Below are positions 1-6,559 of a stretch of 64,000 nucleotides of DNA, piece by piece. Under the pieces are notes generated by a model that made no database searches, was not told the DNA's origin, and saw only the letters and a list, made by a program, of their open reading frames with translations. The DNA is from an uncultured delta proteobacterium (lineage in GTDB: Bacteria > Myxococcota_A > Polyangia > Polyangiales > Polyangiaceae). The stretch lies in contig CAWDXG010000002.1 of the NCBI GenBank assembly GCA_963806225.1, positions 18,210 to 82,209 of the forward strand, read 5' to 3'. The position numbers and the translations under genes are program-made. Position 1 is the stretch's first letter, and every line of letters begins with the position of its first letter.

Positions 1-990
1 CTGTCCGCTGATCCGCAGAACTGCGGCGCCTGCGGCAATGCCTGCGGCACGGGCGAAGTCTGCAACGCCGGCGCGTGCGAGGCCGGCTGCTCGACGAACC
101 TGACGGTGTGCAACGGTAGCTGCATCGATGCGAGCAGCGACCCCCAGAACTGCGGCGGCTGCGGCAACGCCTGCGGCGCGAGCCAGATCTGCTCGGCGGG
201 CCAGTGCACCTGCGATGTGAACCTTACGCTCTGCAACAATCAGTGCGTCGACACGCAGTCGAGCTTCCACAACTGTGGCGCCTGCGGCACCAGCTGCGCC
301 TCGGGCGAGGCGTGCATCAACGGCGCCTGCGACGCGACGGGCTGCCCGACCCAGCAGCAGCAGTGCGGCGGCACCTGTGTCCGGCTCGCCAGCGATCCGG
401 CCAATTGCGGCGCCTGCGGCACAGCCTGCACCGGCGGGCAGGTCTGCAACCAGGGCAGCTGCGCGTGCCCCGCCGGCACCACGCTGTGCGGCGGCGTGTG
501 CGTCGACACCGGCACGGATCCGGCCAACTGCGGAGGCTGCGGCACGGCCTGCACCAGCGGGCAGGTCTGCTCGCAGGGCGCGTGCGCGGCGAACTGCGCA
601 GCGACGGAGACGCTCTGCACCGGCGCCTGCATCGACGCGCAGACCGACGTGAACAACTGCGGCGGCTGCGGCATCGCCTGCACCGGCGGGCATGTCTGCA
701 GCGGCGGCAGCTGCGTGTGCCCGTCGAACTCGAGCGAGTGCGGCACTCCGCCGCTGTGCGTGAACACCAACAACAGCCCCGCCCACTGCGGCGACTGCAC
801 CACGAAGTGCGACCCGGGCGGCAGCTGCAGCGCCGGCGTGTGCGGCTGCGGGCAGAACCAGCAGCTGTGCGGCGCCGACGACGCCGGCAACGGCGGCAGC
901 TGCGCCGACATCAAGAAGGATCCGGCCAACTGCGGCGCCTGCGGCACGTCCTGCGACGGTGGCAAGTGCGTGAACGGGGCCTGCCAGTAG
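1..990 (+). CDS. Cys-rich repeat secreted protein (5' end outside the window)
   Basis: Frame 1 is open from nt 1 (LSADPQNCGACGNAC..) to TAG 988-990, so the M at 106 in the ORF track is internal. Eight degenerate 35-45 aa modules each carry D-P-x-N-C-G-x-C-G-x-x-C followed by G-x-x-C-x-x-G-x-C. The other frames are Arg/Pro/Ala junk. Confidence 0.8.
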   Translation: MSADPQNCGACGNACGTGEVCNAGACEAGCSTNLTVCNGSCIDASSDPQNCGGCGNACGASQICSAGQCTCDVNLTLCNNQCVDTQSSFHNCGACGTSCASGEACINGACDATGCPTQQQQCGGTCVRLASDPANCGACGTACTGGQVCNQGSCACPAGTTLCGGVCVDTGTDPANCGGCGTACTSGQVCSQGACAANCAATETLCTGACIDAQTDVNNCGGCGIACTGGHVCSGGSCVCPSNSSECGTPPLCVNTNNSPAHCGDCTTKCDPGGSCSAGVCGCGQNQQLCGADDAGNGGSCADIKKDPANCGACGTSCDGGKCVNGACQ

Positions 991-1007
991 CTGCCACGAG
1001 CTCGGGA

Positions 1008-1063
1008 AGCCGCCGGGTAGGGACCAAGCACGTCAACTTCCCACAGCCTCCTACCCGGCGGCT
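1008..1063 (+). terminator. Long stem-loop downstream of the Cys-rich gene
   Basis: A perfect 14-bp inverted repeat, AGCCGCCGGGTAGG (1008-1021) / CCTACCCGGCGGCT (1050-1063), has a 28-nt loop and is followed by CCTCTTCT. It lies 18 nt after the stop. The large loop and weak U-tract make it atypical. Confidence 0.35.
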
Positions 1064-1087
1064 CCTCTTCTGCAGCAGCGTTGGCGA

Positions 1088-1214
1088 GCTGACCTTTCCT
1101 GACCGCTCGCGAACCCGCGCTGCTTGCCGCTCGCGCGGCGCGCCGGGCATGCTGCGCGGGCAATGCTCGATCTGCTGCCGCACGATCCGCTACTGCAGCG
1201 GCACCTCGGGCTGG
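1088..1214. repeat. Copy A of a ~127-bp imperfect direct repeat (partner at 2637-2764)
   Basis: The 34-nt core CATGCTGCGCGGGCAATGCTCGATCTGCTGCCGC (1148-1181) is identical to 2698-2731. Flanking blocks GCTGAC(C/A)TTTCCTG, GCTTGCCG, CGATCCGC and CCTCGGGCT also align. Confidence 0.85.
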
Positions 1215-1286
1215 TCCGGCGCGCTCCCCGCGGCGGCAAGACCGGCACCTACTCGAGCTGCAGCATCCTGACCTGCCAGCGCGTCG

Positions 1287-1985
1287 TCACCCAGTCCAAG
1301 CCCCAGTCCTGCCGCTGAGCGCGTCCAGCCACTCATCCACCGCGGCGAGGTGCAGCTCCATGCCGAGCCAGGGGTCGTCCGGTACGGCGAGCTGGTGCTC
1401 GCGGCAGTACTGCTGCACGGCGGCGTCCAGGTCGAGCAGGTCGGGCCCGCCGCCGTCCCCCTCCTCCACTTCTTCCGCTTCGTCTTCCGCCCGTTCGCCC
1501 TGGGCGGCAAGCAGCGTCAGCACACGCGCGAGCAGGCGATGGTAGCGCCGCGCCGCGTCCATCAGCGGAGCCGCGCCCTGGAGCTCGAAGTACTGCTCGA
1601 CCGTGCCGTCGGTTGCGTACGTGCCCGCGCTGTCCGGGTGGGGCCTGAGCCGGACGATGGTCTCGCTGTCGTCCGGCTGCACCACCCGTCCGAGCGGGTA
1701 CAGCCGGCACACCAGCGGCCGGTCCGCGTGCACGCCGCAGCCCTGCTCTCCGAGGAAGACGCACACCCCGTCCGGAAAGGCGAGCGCGCTGCCGTCGGTC
1801 GTGAAACGCGCGAGCGTCTCGGTGGTGGACAGCCCCAGGTGGCGGGCGATGCGCGCGACCTCGTAGGGATTGACCGGGATCAGCTTGTCCCGGCAGCAGC
1901 GGTTGCAGGCGTTGCAGCGGTACGAAAACGCAGCCTGCCGGCCATCGAGCAGCTCGACGATACCGGCTTGTAGCGAGGCGACCAC
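1287..1985 (-). CDS. YkgJ-family Cys-cluster protein (CxxCxxCC)
   Basis: CNACNRCCRDKLIPVNPYE plus FLGEQGCGVHADRPLVCRLYP matches the YkgJ/UPF0153 signature. The first ~190 aa of the 423-aa ORF are Arg/Gly junk overlapping the upstream gene. I therefore set the start at GTG 1985, 12 nt after that gene's stop; the start is uncertain. Confidence 0.7.
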   Translation of the reverse strand: MVASLQAGIVELLDGRQAAFSYRCNACNRCCRDKLIPVNPYEVARIARHLGLSTTETLARFTTDGSALAFPDGVCVFLGEQGCGVHADRPLVCRLYPLGRVVQPDDSETIVRLRPHPDSAGTYATDGTVEQYFELQGAAPLMDAARRYHRLLARVLTLLAAQGERAEDEAEEVEEGDGGGPDLLDLDAAVQQYCREHQLAVPDDPWLGMELHLAAVDEWLDALSGRTGAWTG

Positions 1986-1996
1986 GAGCCCGCGCC

Positions 1997-2332
1997 TCAG
2001 CGCGTGATGTGGGTGTCGATCTTGTGCTGGAGCGCCGCCGGCAGCTTGAAGCCGCCGAGCGCGGTCGCGCCCTTTTCCGCCTGCGCTACCACGCGCACCG
2101 TGAGCGCCGCGGCCCCGCGCTCCCTGAGCACCTTCAGCGCCCCTTCCGGCAGCTCGTAGACCGCGATCGGCGCCTTGATGCCGTCCGCGTAGAACTCCCA
2201 CTTGATCGAGACCTGCGGGCTCGCTGCCGAGGCCTCCTCGCCCGTCAGACCGATCCCGAGACCCGCCCCCAGCGCGACGGCGCTGGATGCGAGCTGCAGG
2301 CTCTGCCTCCGCGTCAGCTTGCGTCCAGTCAT
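1997..2332 (-). CDS. Small Tat-signal exported protein, unknown function
   Basis: The gene starts at ATG 2332 and encodes MTGRKLTRRQSLQLASSAVALGAGLG, with a twin-arginine motif followed by a hydrophobic stretch. It is 111 aa. The upstream part of the 175-aa ORF is junk. Confidence 0.65.
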   Translation of the reverse strand: MTGRKLTRRQSLQLASSAVALGAGLGIGLTGEEASAASPQVSIKWEFYADGIKAPIAVYELPEGALKVLRERGAAALTVRVVAQAEKGATALGGFKLPAALQHKIDTHITR

Positions 2333-2636
2333 ACCCTGGCGGCCTGCATTTTCCGTGCAAGACGCGCGAGCCGGGAAAGTCGCAAAGCGCCGCCCCCCTC
2401 CACGCAGTTCCTGCGGCCCCCGTGACCTGCCGCGCGAGCGCGTGCGCGTCGATCTCGAGCTCAGCGTGCCGTGGGCCGATGCGCATGCGGGCGGCGTTCG
2501 ATAATCCCGGGGCGTGCCGCCCACTGACGGACAGCGCCGCGCTCTGCGGTCCGCCCACGTGGGTCGCCGGGACAGGGAAGGCCCTTCACCTCCCCATAGC
2601 CCCCCCTCCCCGGCGACCCGCTATCTTCGCGCTCGC

Positions 2637-2764
2637 GCTGACATTTCCTGTCCGCCCCCGGGCGCCGCGGCGCTTGCCGGCCGGGCGCGCGGGCACCCAT
2701 GCTGCGCGGGCAATGCTCGATCTGCTGCCGCGCGATCCGCGCTGGCTTGTCGCCCTCGGGCTCG
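2637..2764. repeat. Copy B of the ~127-bp direct repeat (partner at 1088-1214)
   Basis: Same alignment as copy A. This copy covers the upstream region and the first ~17 codons of the gene starting at 2713. Confidence 0.85.
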
Positions 2765-3168
2765 GGCTCGGGCTGCTCGTGCAGACGCTCCGGCTCTGGC
2801 TCCAGCGGCGGCGGGCGGGCTGGCGCTCGCGGCGGAGAAACCGCGTCGCGGCGCGGGCGGAGCAGCGGGCGGAGCGGCTGCTCGCGCGGGCGGGCTATCG
2901 CGTGCTCGAGGTGCAGCCGCGGCTCGGCTGGAGCATCGTGGTCGACGGCCGCGAGGAAGCGATCGAGCTGCGCGCCGATCTGCTGGTGGCGCGCCGCGGT
3001 CGGCGCTACGTGGCGGACGTGAAGAGCGGCCGCTTCGCGCCCGATCTGCGCACCGCTGCCACCCGCCGCCAGCTGCTCGAGTACCTGGTCGCGTACCGGA
3101 CCGACGGCGTGCTGCTCGTCGATATGGAAGCCGAGCAGATCCGCGAGGTGCGTTTTCCGCTGGGCTAG
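2713..3168 (+). CDS. Membrane-anchored PD-(D/E)xK nuclease-like protein (YraN/UPF0102-like)
   Basis: The gene starts at ATG 2713 (MLDLLPRDPRW). It has one TM segment (WLVALGLGLGLLVQTLRLWL), then AGYRVLE..ELRADLLVARRGRRYVADVKSG, which reads as D-x(n)-D-V-K in a restriction-endonuclease-like core. The ORF-track start at 2287 lies in junk sequence. Confidence 0.6.
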   Translation: MLDLLPRDPRWLVALGLGLGLLVQTLRLWLQRRRAGWRSRRRNRVAARAEQRAERLLARAGYRVLEVQPRLGWSIVVDGREEAIELRADLLVARRGRRYVADVKSGRFAPDLRTAATRRQLLEYLVAYRTDGVLLVDMEAEQIREVRFPLG

Positions 3169-3169
3169 C

Positions 3170-3739
3170 TCACTCCGGCGGAAACAGCCGACCGACTTCC
3201 AGCTCGATGGCGTCGAAGGGCGCGATGCGCGCCACGGCCGTGTCGTCGTAGGTGCCGACCTCGACCCAGCGCCCGCCCTGGAGCTCCAGCGCTTCGAGGA
3301 TGCGCGCGTCGGGATCGACGAGCCAGTAGTGGGCGACGCCGTGCCTGGCGTACAGTGCGCGCTTGGTGACGCGGTCGGTGCGCGCGTTGCTCGGCGAGCT
3401 CACCTCGCAGATCCAGTCGGGCACGACGCGGAGCGGGCGCGTGTCCCAGGGATCCACGAGCCGCTCGCGCCGCCAGCCGGACAGATCCGGACGCACCACC
3501 TGCTGCGGCTCGAGCTGGATGTCCACCTCCAGCAGGATCCACCAGCCACCGGGGCCGCCGTGGCCGTCGTCGTCGTCGAAGGGTCCGCCGACGAAGCTCC
3601 GCAAGGCTCCCTGCGCCCGTGAGTGACGCGGCAGCGGCGAGGGCGCGACCACGACTTCGCCGTCGAGGATCTCGGCGCGCACGTCCTCCGGCAGGGCGAG
3701 CAGATCGGCGTAGGTCGCGGGCTTCGTCGCGGGCTGCAC
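3170..3739 (-). CDS. Uma2-family endonuclease (DUF820)
   Basis: The 189-aa product has TYADLLALPEDVRAEILDGEVV at the N-terminus, RPDLSG, and EVSSPSN..TKRALYARHGVAHYWLVDP. This is the motif order typical of the family. The start is GTG 3739. Confidence 0.85.
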   Translation of the reverse strand: MQPATKPATYADLLALPEDVRAEILDGEVVVAPSPLPRHSRAQGALRSFVGGPFDDDDGHGGPGGWWILLEVDIQLEPQQVVRPDLSGWRRERLVDPWDTRPLRVVPDWICEVSSPSNARTDRVTKRALYARHGVAHYWLVDPDARILEALELQGGRWVEVGTYDDTAVARIAPFDAIELEVGRLFPPE

Positions 3740-3775
3740 ATCGGCAGTATACCGCGCCGGCCCCTGCCCGCCCGG

Positions 3776-4975
3776 CTAGACCTTCAGGATGTACGTTATC
3801 TCGGTCCTGACGCGCGGCTCGGCGAGGCGCAGGGCGAGCATGCGCTGCCGCACCTCGTCGCCGCGGTAGCCGTAGGCGGCGCCGCGCACGTCGCTGACGA
3901 GCTCCGCGCTGCCGTCGGGCTTGAACAGCTCGAACTGCCGCGCGCCGTCCTGCTCGACCACGCGCCCGACGCGGCTGTACTGCGCGTAGCTGTAGCCGCC
4001 GCCGTGGGGCAGGAGGTTCGCGTTCCGGAGCCGCGCCGTGACGCCGTGCCGCTCGGCACGGTCGCCGAAGCCGGTCTCGTCGAGCGCCTGGTCGTCGAGG
4101 TTCGGGCGCGGCTCGACCAGGTACGCGGGCAGATCCGGCGACAGCGTCAGCGGGAACAGCTGGCCGCGCGCCAGATCGTCGTCGTCGAACACGTAGCAGC
4201 CGAGGATGGCGTCGTTGATCGCGCCCAGGCCCTGGTGCGTGCGGTTGCACGTCACCTCCAGCGGCCCGAGCAGCGCGCGCGCCAGCGCCTCGCGGCGGCG
4301 CAGGCTGAAATCCTGCGCCCACTGGTAGAACGTGAACCACTCGCGCGCGGTGTCGCCGCGCAGGATGTGCAGCGGGCCCCAGGGCGTGGCGCGCTCCTCC
4401 GCCATCGCCGCCAGCGTCGCGCTCGCGTCGTAGTAGATGCCCGGGCCCTTCGCCGTCGCCTCGCGGTGCTCGTGCCCGCTCGAATGGATGATGGCGTAGG
4501 TCTTCGCCTTCGTGTCGGCGCCGACGTAGGTCTCACGCACCTCGCACAGATCGAGGAAGTGATTGCTCTCGGCCAGATCGAACTCCACGTCCACGCCGTC
4601 CACGACGAGCGGCGTGTCGATCAGCCGCCGCGCGCGCTCGCGGATCTCGTCCGGCGGCGGAGGGTCGTCGAGCTCCGCCACGATCATGCCGCAGGCGTTC
4701 GACTTGATGTCGAGCACCGCGAAATCGCCGCTCCACTGGATGCGGCCGCCGTAGCCGAAGCCCTGCGCCCAGCGCCGCGTGTTGCGCGTCACCGTCGCGT
4801 CGGGCGCGCCGACGAAGGTCGCATCGGGCGGCAGCCCCAGCTCGGCCTGCACGTGCTGGATCTTGGCGATGCCGAAAGGCATGTTCGCGCCGCACAGCGC
4901 CTCGCCCACGTCGCCCACGCCGGACAGAAAACAGTGCTCCTTCGCGCGCTCCAGCGCGTCGTGCTCGGAAGGCAT
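3776..4975 (-). CDS. Divergent RtcB-superfamily protein (RNA ligase-like)
   Basis: By-eye colinearity with E. coli RtcB motifs: LDIKSNACGM vs VDIGCGM, ESNHFLDL vs GTGNHFIEI, IIHSSGHEH vs MLHSGSRG, CNRTHQG vs NCHHNY, LPHGGG vs SHGAGR, and C-terminal ITYILKV vs IYTLRQVV. The start is ATG 4975. Confidence 0.7.
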   Translation of the reverse strand: MPSEHDALERAKEHCFLSGVGDVGEALCGANMPFGIAKIQHVQAELGLPPDATFVGAPDATVTRNTRRWAQGFGYGGRIQWSGDFAVLDIKSNACGMIVAELDDPPPPDEIRERARRLIDTPLVVDGVDVEFDLAESNHFLDLCEVRETYVGADTKAKTYAIIHSSGHEHREATAKGPGIYYDASATLAAMAEERATPWGPLHILRGDTAREWFTFYQWAQDFSLRRREALARALLGPLEVTCNRTHQGLGAINDAILGCYVFDDDDLARGQLFPLTLSPDLPAYLVEPRPNLDDQALDETGFGDRAERHGVTARLRNANLLPHGGGYSYAQYSRVGRVVEQDGARQFELFKPDGSAELVSDVRGAAYGYRGDEVRQRMLALRLAEPRVRTEITYILKV

Positions 4976-5060
4976 ACGCCGCGCACCCTAATATGCCGTA
5001 GCGTCACGTGCCAACAGCGGGGGGCTCTGCGAGCGGCCGGGGCGACGGGCTGTGCCGGAG

Positions 5061-5194
5061 CGCTCGCCGACACTTCGCCCCCACATAACCGGTTATGTCC
5101 GCCCCGATGTCGTCCCAACGCTCCGCGCCGCGACGCTCGCCGACATTTCGCCCCCACATAACCGCTTATGTCCGCCCCGATGTCGGCCCAACGC
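5061..5194. repeat. Two tandem 61-nt units (73-bp period), each a nested palindrome
   Basis: Units 5061-5121 and 5134-5194 are 58/61 identical. Unit 1 contains the perfect 16-bp palindrome ACATAACCGGTTATGT (5083-5098); unit 2 has ACATAACCGCTTATGT (5156-5171). Outer arms CCGACAT..ATGTCGG flank C-rich internal strands. Confidence 0.9.
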
Positions 5195-5222
5195 GCACGC
5201 GTCGCCGGCGCGTGGGGCCCCC

Positions 5223-5276
5223 GGCCGGGCGGGACGCCCGGCCTTGGTGGGCCCGCCGCCGGCTCAGCCGGCGGCG
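5223..5276 (-). terminator. Two consecutive GC-rich hairpins downstream of the lipoprotein gene
   Basis: GGCCGGGCG-gga-CGCCCGGCC (5223-5243) and CGCCGCCGGC-tca-GCCGGCGGCG (5254-5276) lie 65-120 nt after the minus-strand stop at 5341. There is no U-tract. Confidence 0.35.
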
Positions 5277-5340
5277 CCGTGCCAGCGACGTGCCGAGTTG
5301 GGGGCAACCCCTGTTCGGCATGGTCGCGAGATTGGCGGGG

Positions 5341-6372
5341 CTACAGCTTGGTCGGCTGCTTGTACACGCAGGCTGTGGCGTCGCCTTCGGTCTGCTCGTA
5401 GTTGATGGAGTCGGAATAGTACGAGCGCATGAAGTCCGCGCCCCAGCACTCGACGGCGGTGACCGGCGAGTCGGCGGCGGGGATGTCGCCGCCCGAAAGC
5501 GTGATGTCGGCACGGCCGGCGCCGTCGCCATTCCAGCGGCTCTCGATCTGGATGTCCTCGAGCTGAGTGGTGTGGCTGTCGTCGACGTCGTCGTGCGCCT
5601 TGACCAGCAGGTCGCCGGTGCCGTCCTGGTTCTGCACGCTGGTGACGTTCCACCAGGCCTGCGTGGCCGTCGGCTTCACCTCGGCGGTGACGGTGCGCAC
5701 GGGAGAGAGCTTCGTGGTGATGTCCTGCGGCAGGTCGTGGGTGATCTTGATGGTTCCGGAGTCGTCCTGGTGGTCGAACGGATCGAGCTCGCGCAGCGTG
5801 TCGAGGTCGAGCGTGAAGTAGCCGTCGCCGTGCTTCGGGCTGTCCTTGCCCCAGCCGCGGCCGTCGAGCACCGCGCGGTAGTCGGCGTCGCTCTGCGAGT
5901 CCTTGGGGCGCCCTTCGAGCGCATAGTCGTATTCCTTGTCGCCCACGCGGTCGACGCGGAAGCGATAGGTCACCGGCGACAGCGAGTCGGTGTACGGACC
6001 CCAGATGGCCTCGTTCTTCGAGATCGACGTCGGCTGGGTGTTGACGACAATCCACACGCTGCCGAGCACCGCGTTCGTGACAACGTTCACGCCCTTGCGG
6101 ACTTCGCGCGTGAGCCCGTAGTACTTGGCCCAGGGTCCGTTGGACCAGCCGGAGCCGGTGCCGGCTGTATGACTCTGGTCACCCTCGACCGAAGCGGTGC
6201 TGCTCTGGGCGCCGGACGCGTTCTCGGGGCCGTGCAGCTGGACCTCGCTCGCCTGCGGGATGGCGTCGCGGAACTGCGAAGCGTCATCCTGCGTCTTCAG
6301 CATGCAGCCGGGCACGAAGAGCGCGGCACCCACAGTTGTCGTCAGCATCCACACAGCGGTTCGCATCGTCAT
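5341..6372 (-). CDS. Lipoprotein, unknown function
   Basis: The gene starts at ATG 6372, preceded by GGAGGAAG. The signal peptide is MTMRTAVWMLTTTVGAALFVPGC. The rest is hydrophilic and Asp/Thr/Ser-rich with clean codon bias. Confidence 0.8.
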   Translation of the reverse strand: MTMRTAVWMLTTTVGAALFVPGCMLKTQDDASQFRDAIPQASEVQLHGPENASGAQSSTASVEGDQSHTAGTGSGWSNGPWAKYYGLTREVRKGVNVVTNAVLGSVWIVVNTQPTSISKNEAIWGPYTDSLSPVTYRFRVDRVGDKEYDYALEGRPKDSQSDADYRAVLDGRGWGKDSPKHGDGYFTLDLDTLRELDPFDHQDDSGTIKITHDLPQDITTKLSPVRTVTAEVKPTATQAWWNVTSVQNQDGTGDLLVKAHDDVDDSHTTQLEDIQIESRWNGDGAGRADITLSGGDIPAADSPVTAVECWGADFMRSYYSDSINYEQTEGDATACVYKQPTKL

Positions 6373-6559
6373 CGGCTTCCTCCACTCGTTGAGCTCGGCG
6401 TCCCTCTTTCAAGGACCGGGCCAATCCGGCACACCCCGAAAACCCTGGAAGAAGCCGCACAGTGTGATCCAGGGGGCACGAGAGGTGTGGACGCCCGTTC
6501 TCGCTCCGCCAATGCCGCGCGTTTCCCCTGCGTTGTGGCTTGAAGTAAGCTGCTAGGTC

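Noticed and set aside
1124-1318. 64-codon ORF beginning in repeat copy A.
   Set aside because: Only its first ~10 codons are protein-like, and those are copied from the gene at 2713. The rest is low-complexity and overlaps the 3' end of the convergent ykgJ-like gene. I treat it as a remnant.
3740-3775. TATACT hexamer a few nt upstream of the Uma2 start, as a possible leaderless promoter.
   Set aside because: The in-frame start is GTG 3739, and the nearby ATG 3741 is in another frame. No -35 is evident, and the gene is more simply read as co-transcribed with the RtcB-like gene.
4999-5014. TTGGCACG heptamer about 35 nt upstream of the RtcB-like ATG. It is tempting because E. coli rtcBA is sigma54/RtcR dependent.
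   Set aside because: The only GC doublet downstream is 2 nt out of register (GG-N8-GC instead of GG-N10-GC). The consensus positions read TA. No -12 element is present, so I do not call a promoter.
5061-5194. Possible CRISPR array.
   Set aside because: There are only two units, the spacer is 12 nt, and no cas genes are present. The units are nested palindromes, not CRISPR-like repeats.
6407-6424. TTGGCCCggtccTTGAAA on the minus strand upstream of the lipoprotein gene. It resembles a sigma54 element and contains the sigma32-like CTTGAAA.
   Set aside because: The -12 position reads GA rather than GC. No CCCCAT-like -10 follows the CTTGAAA at a suitable distance.
6536-6550. TGGCTTgaagtAAGCT upstream of the kinase pseudogene.
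   Set aside because: GG and GC are in register, but both Ts before GC are A. The predicted TSS would fall on or after ATG 6560.
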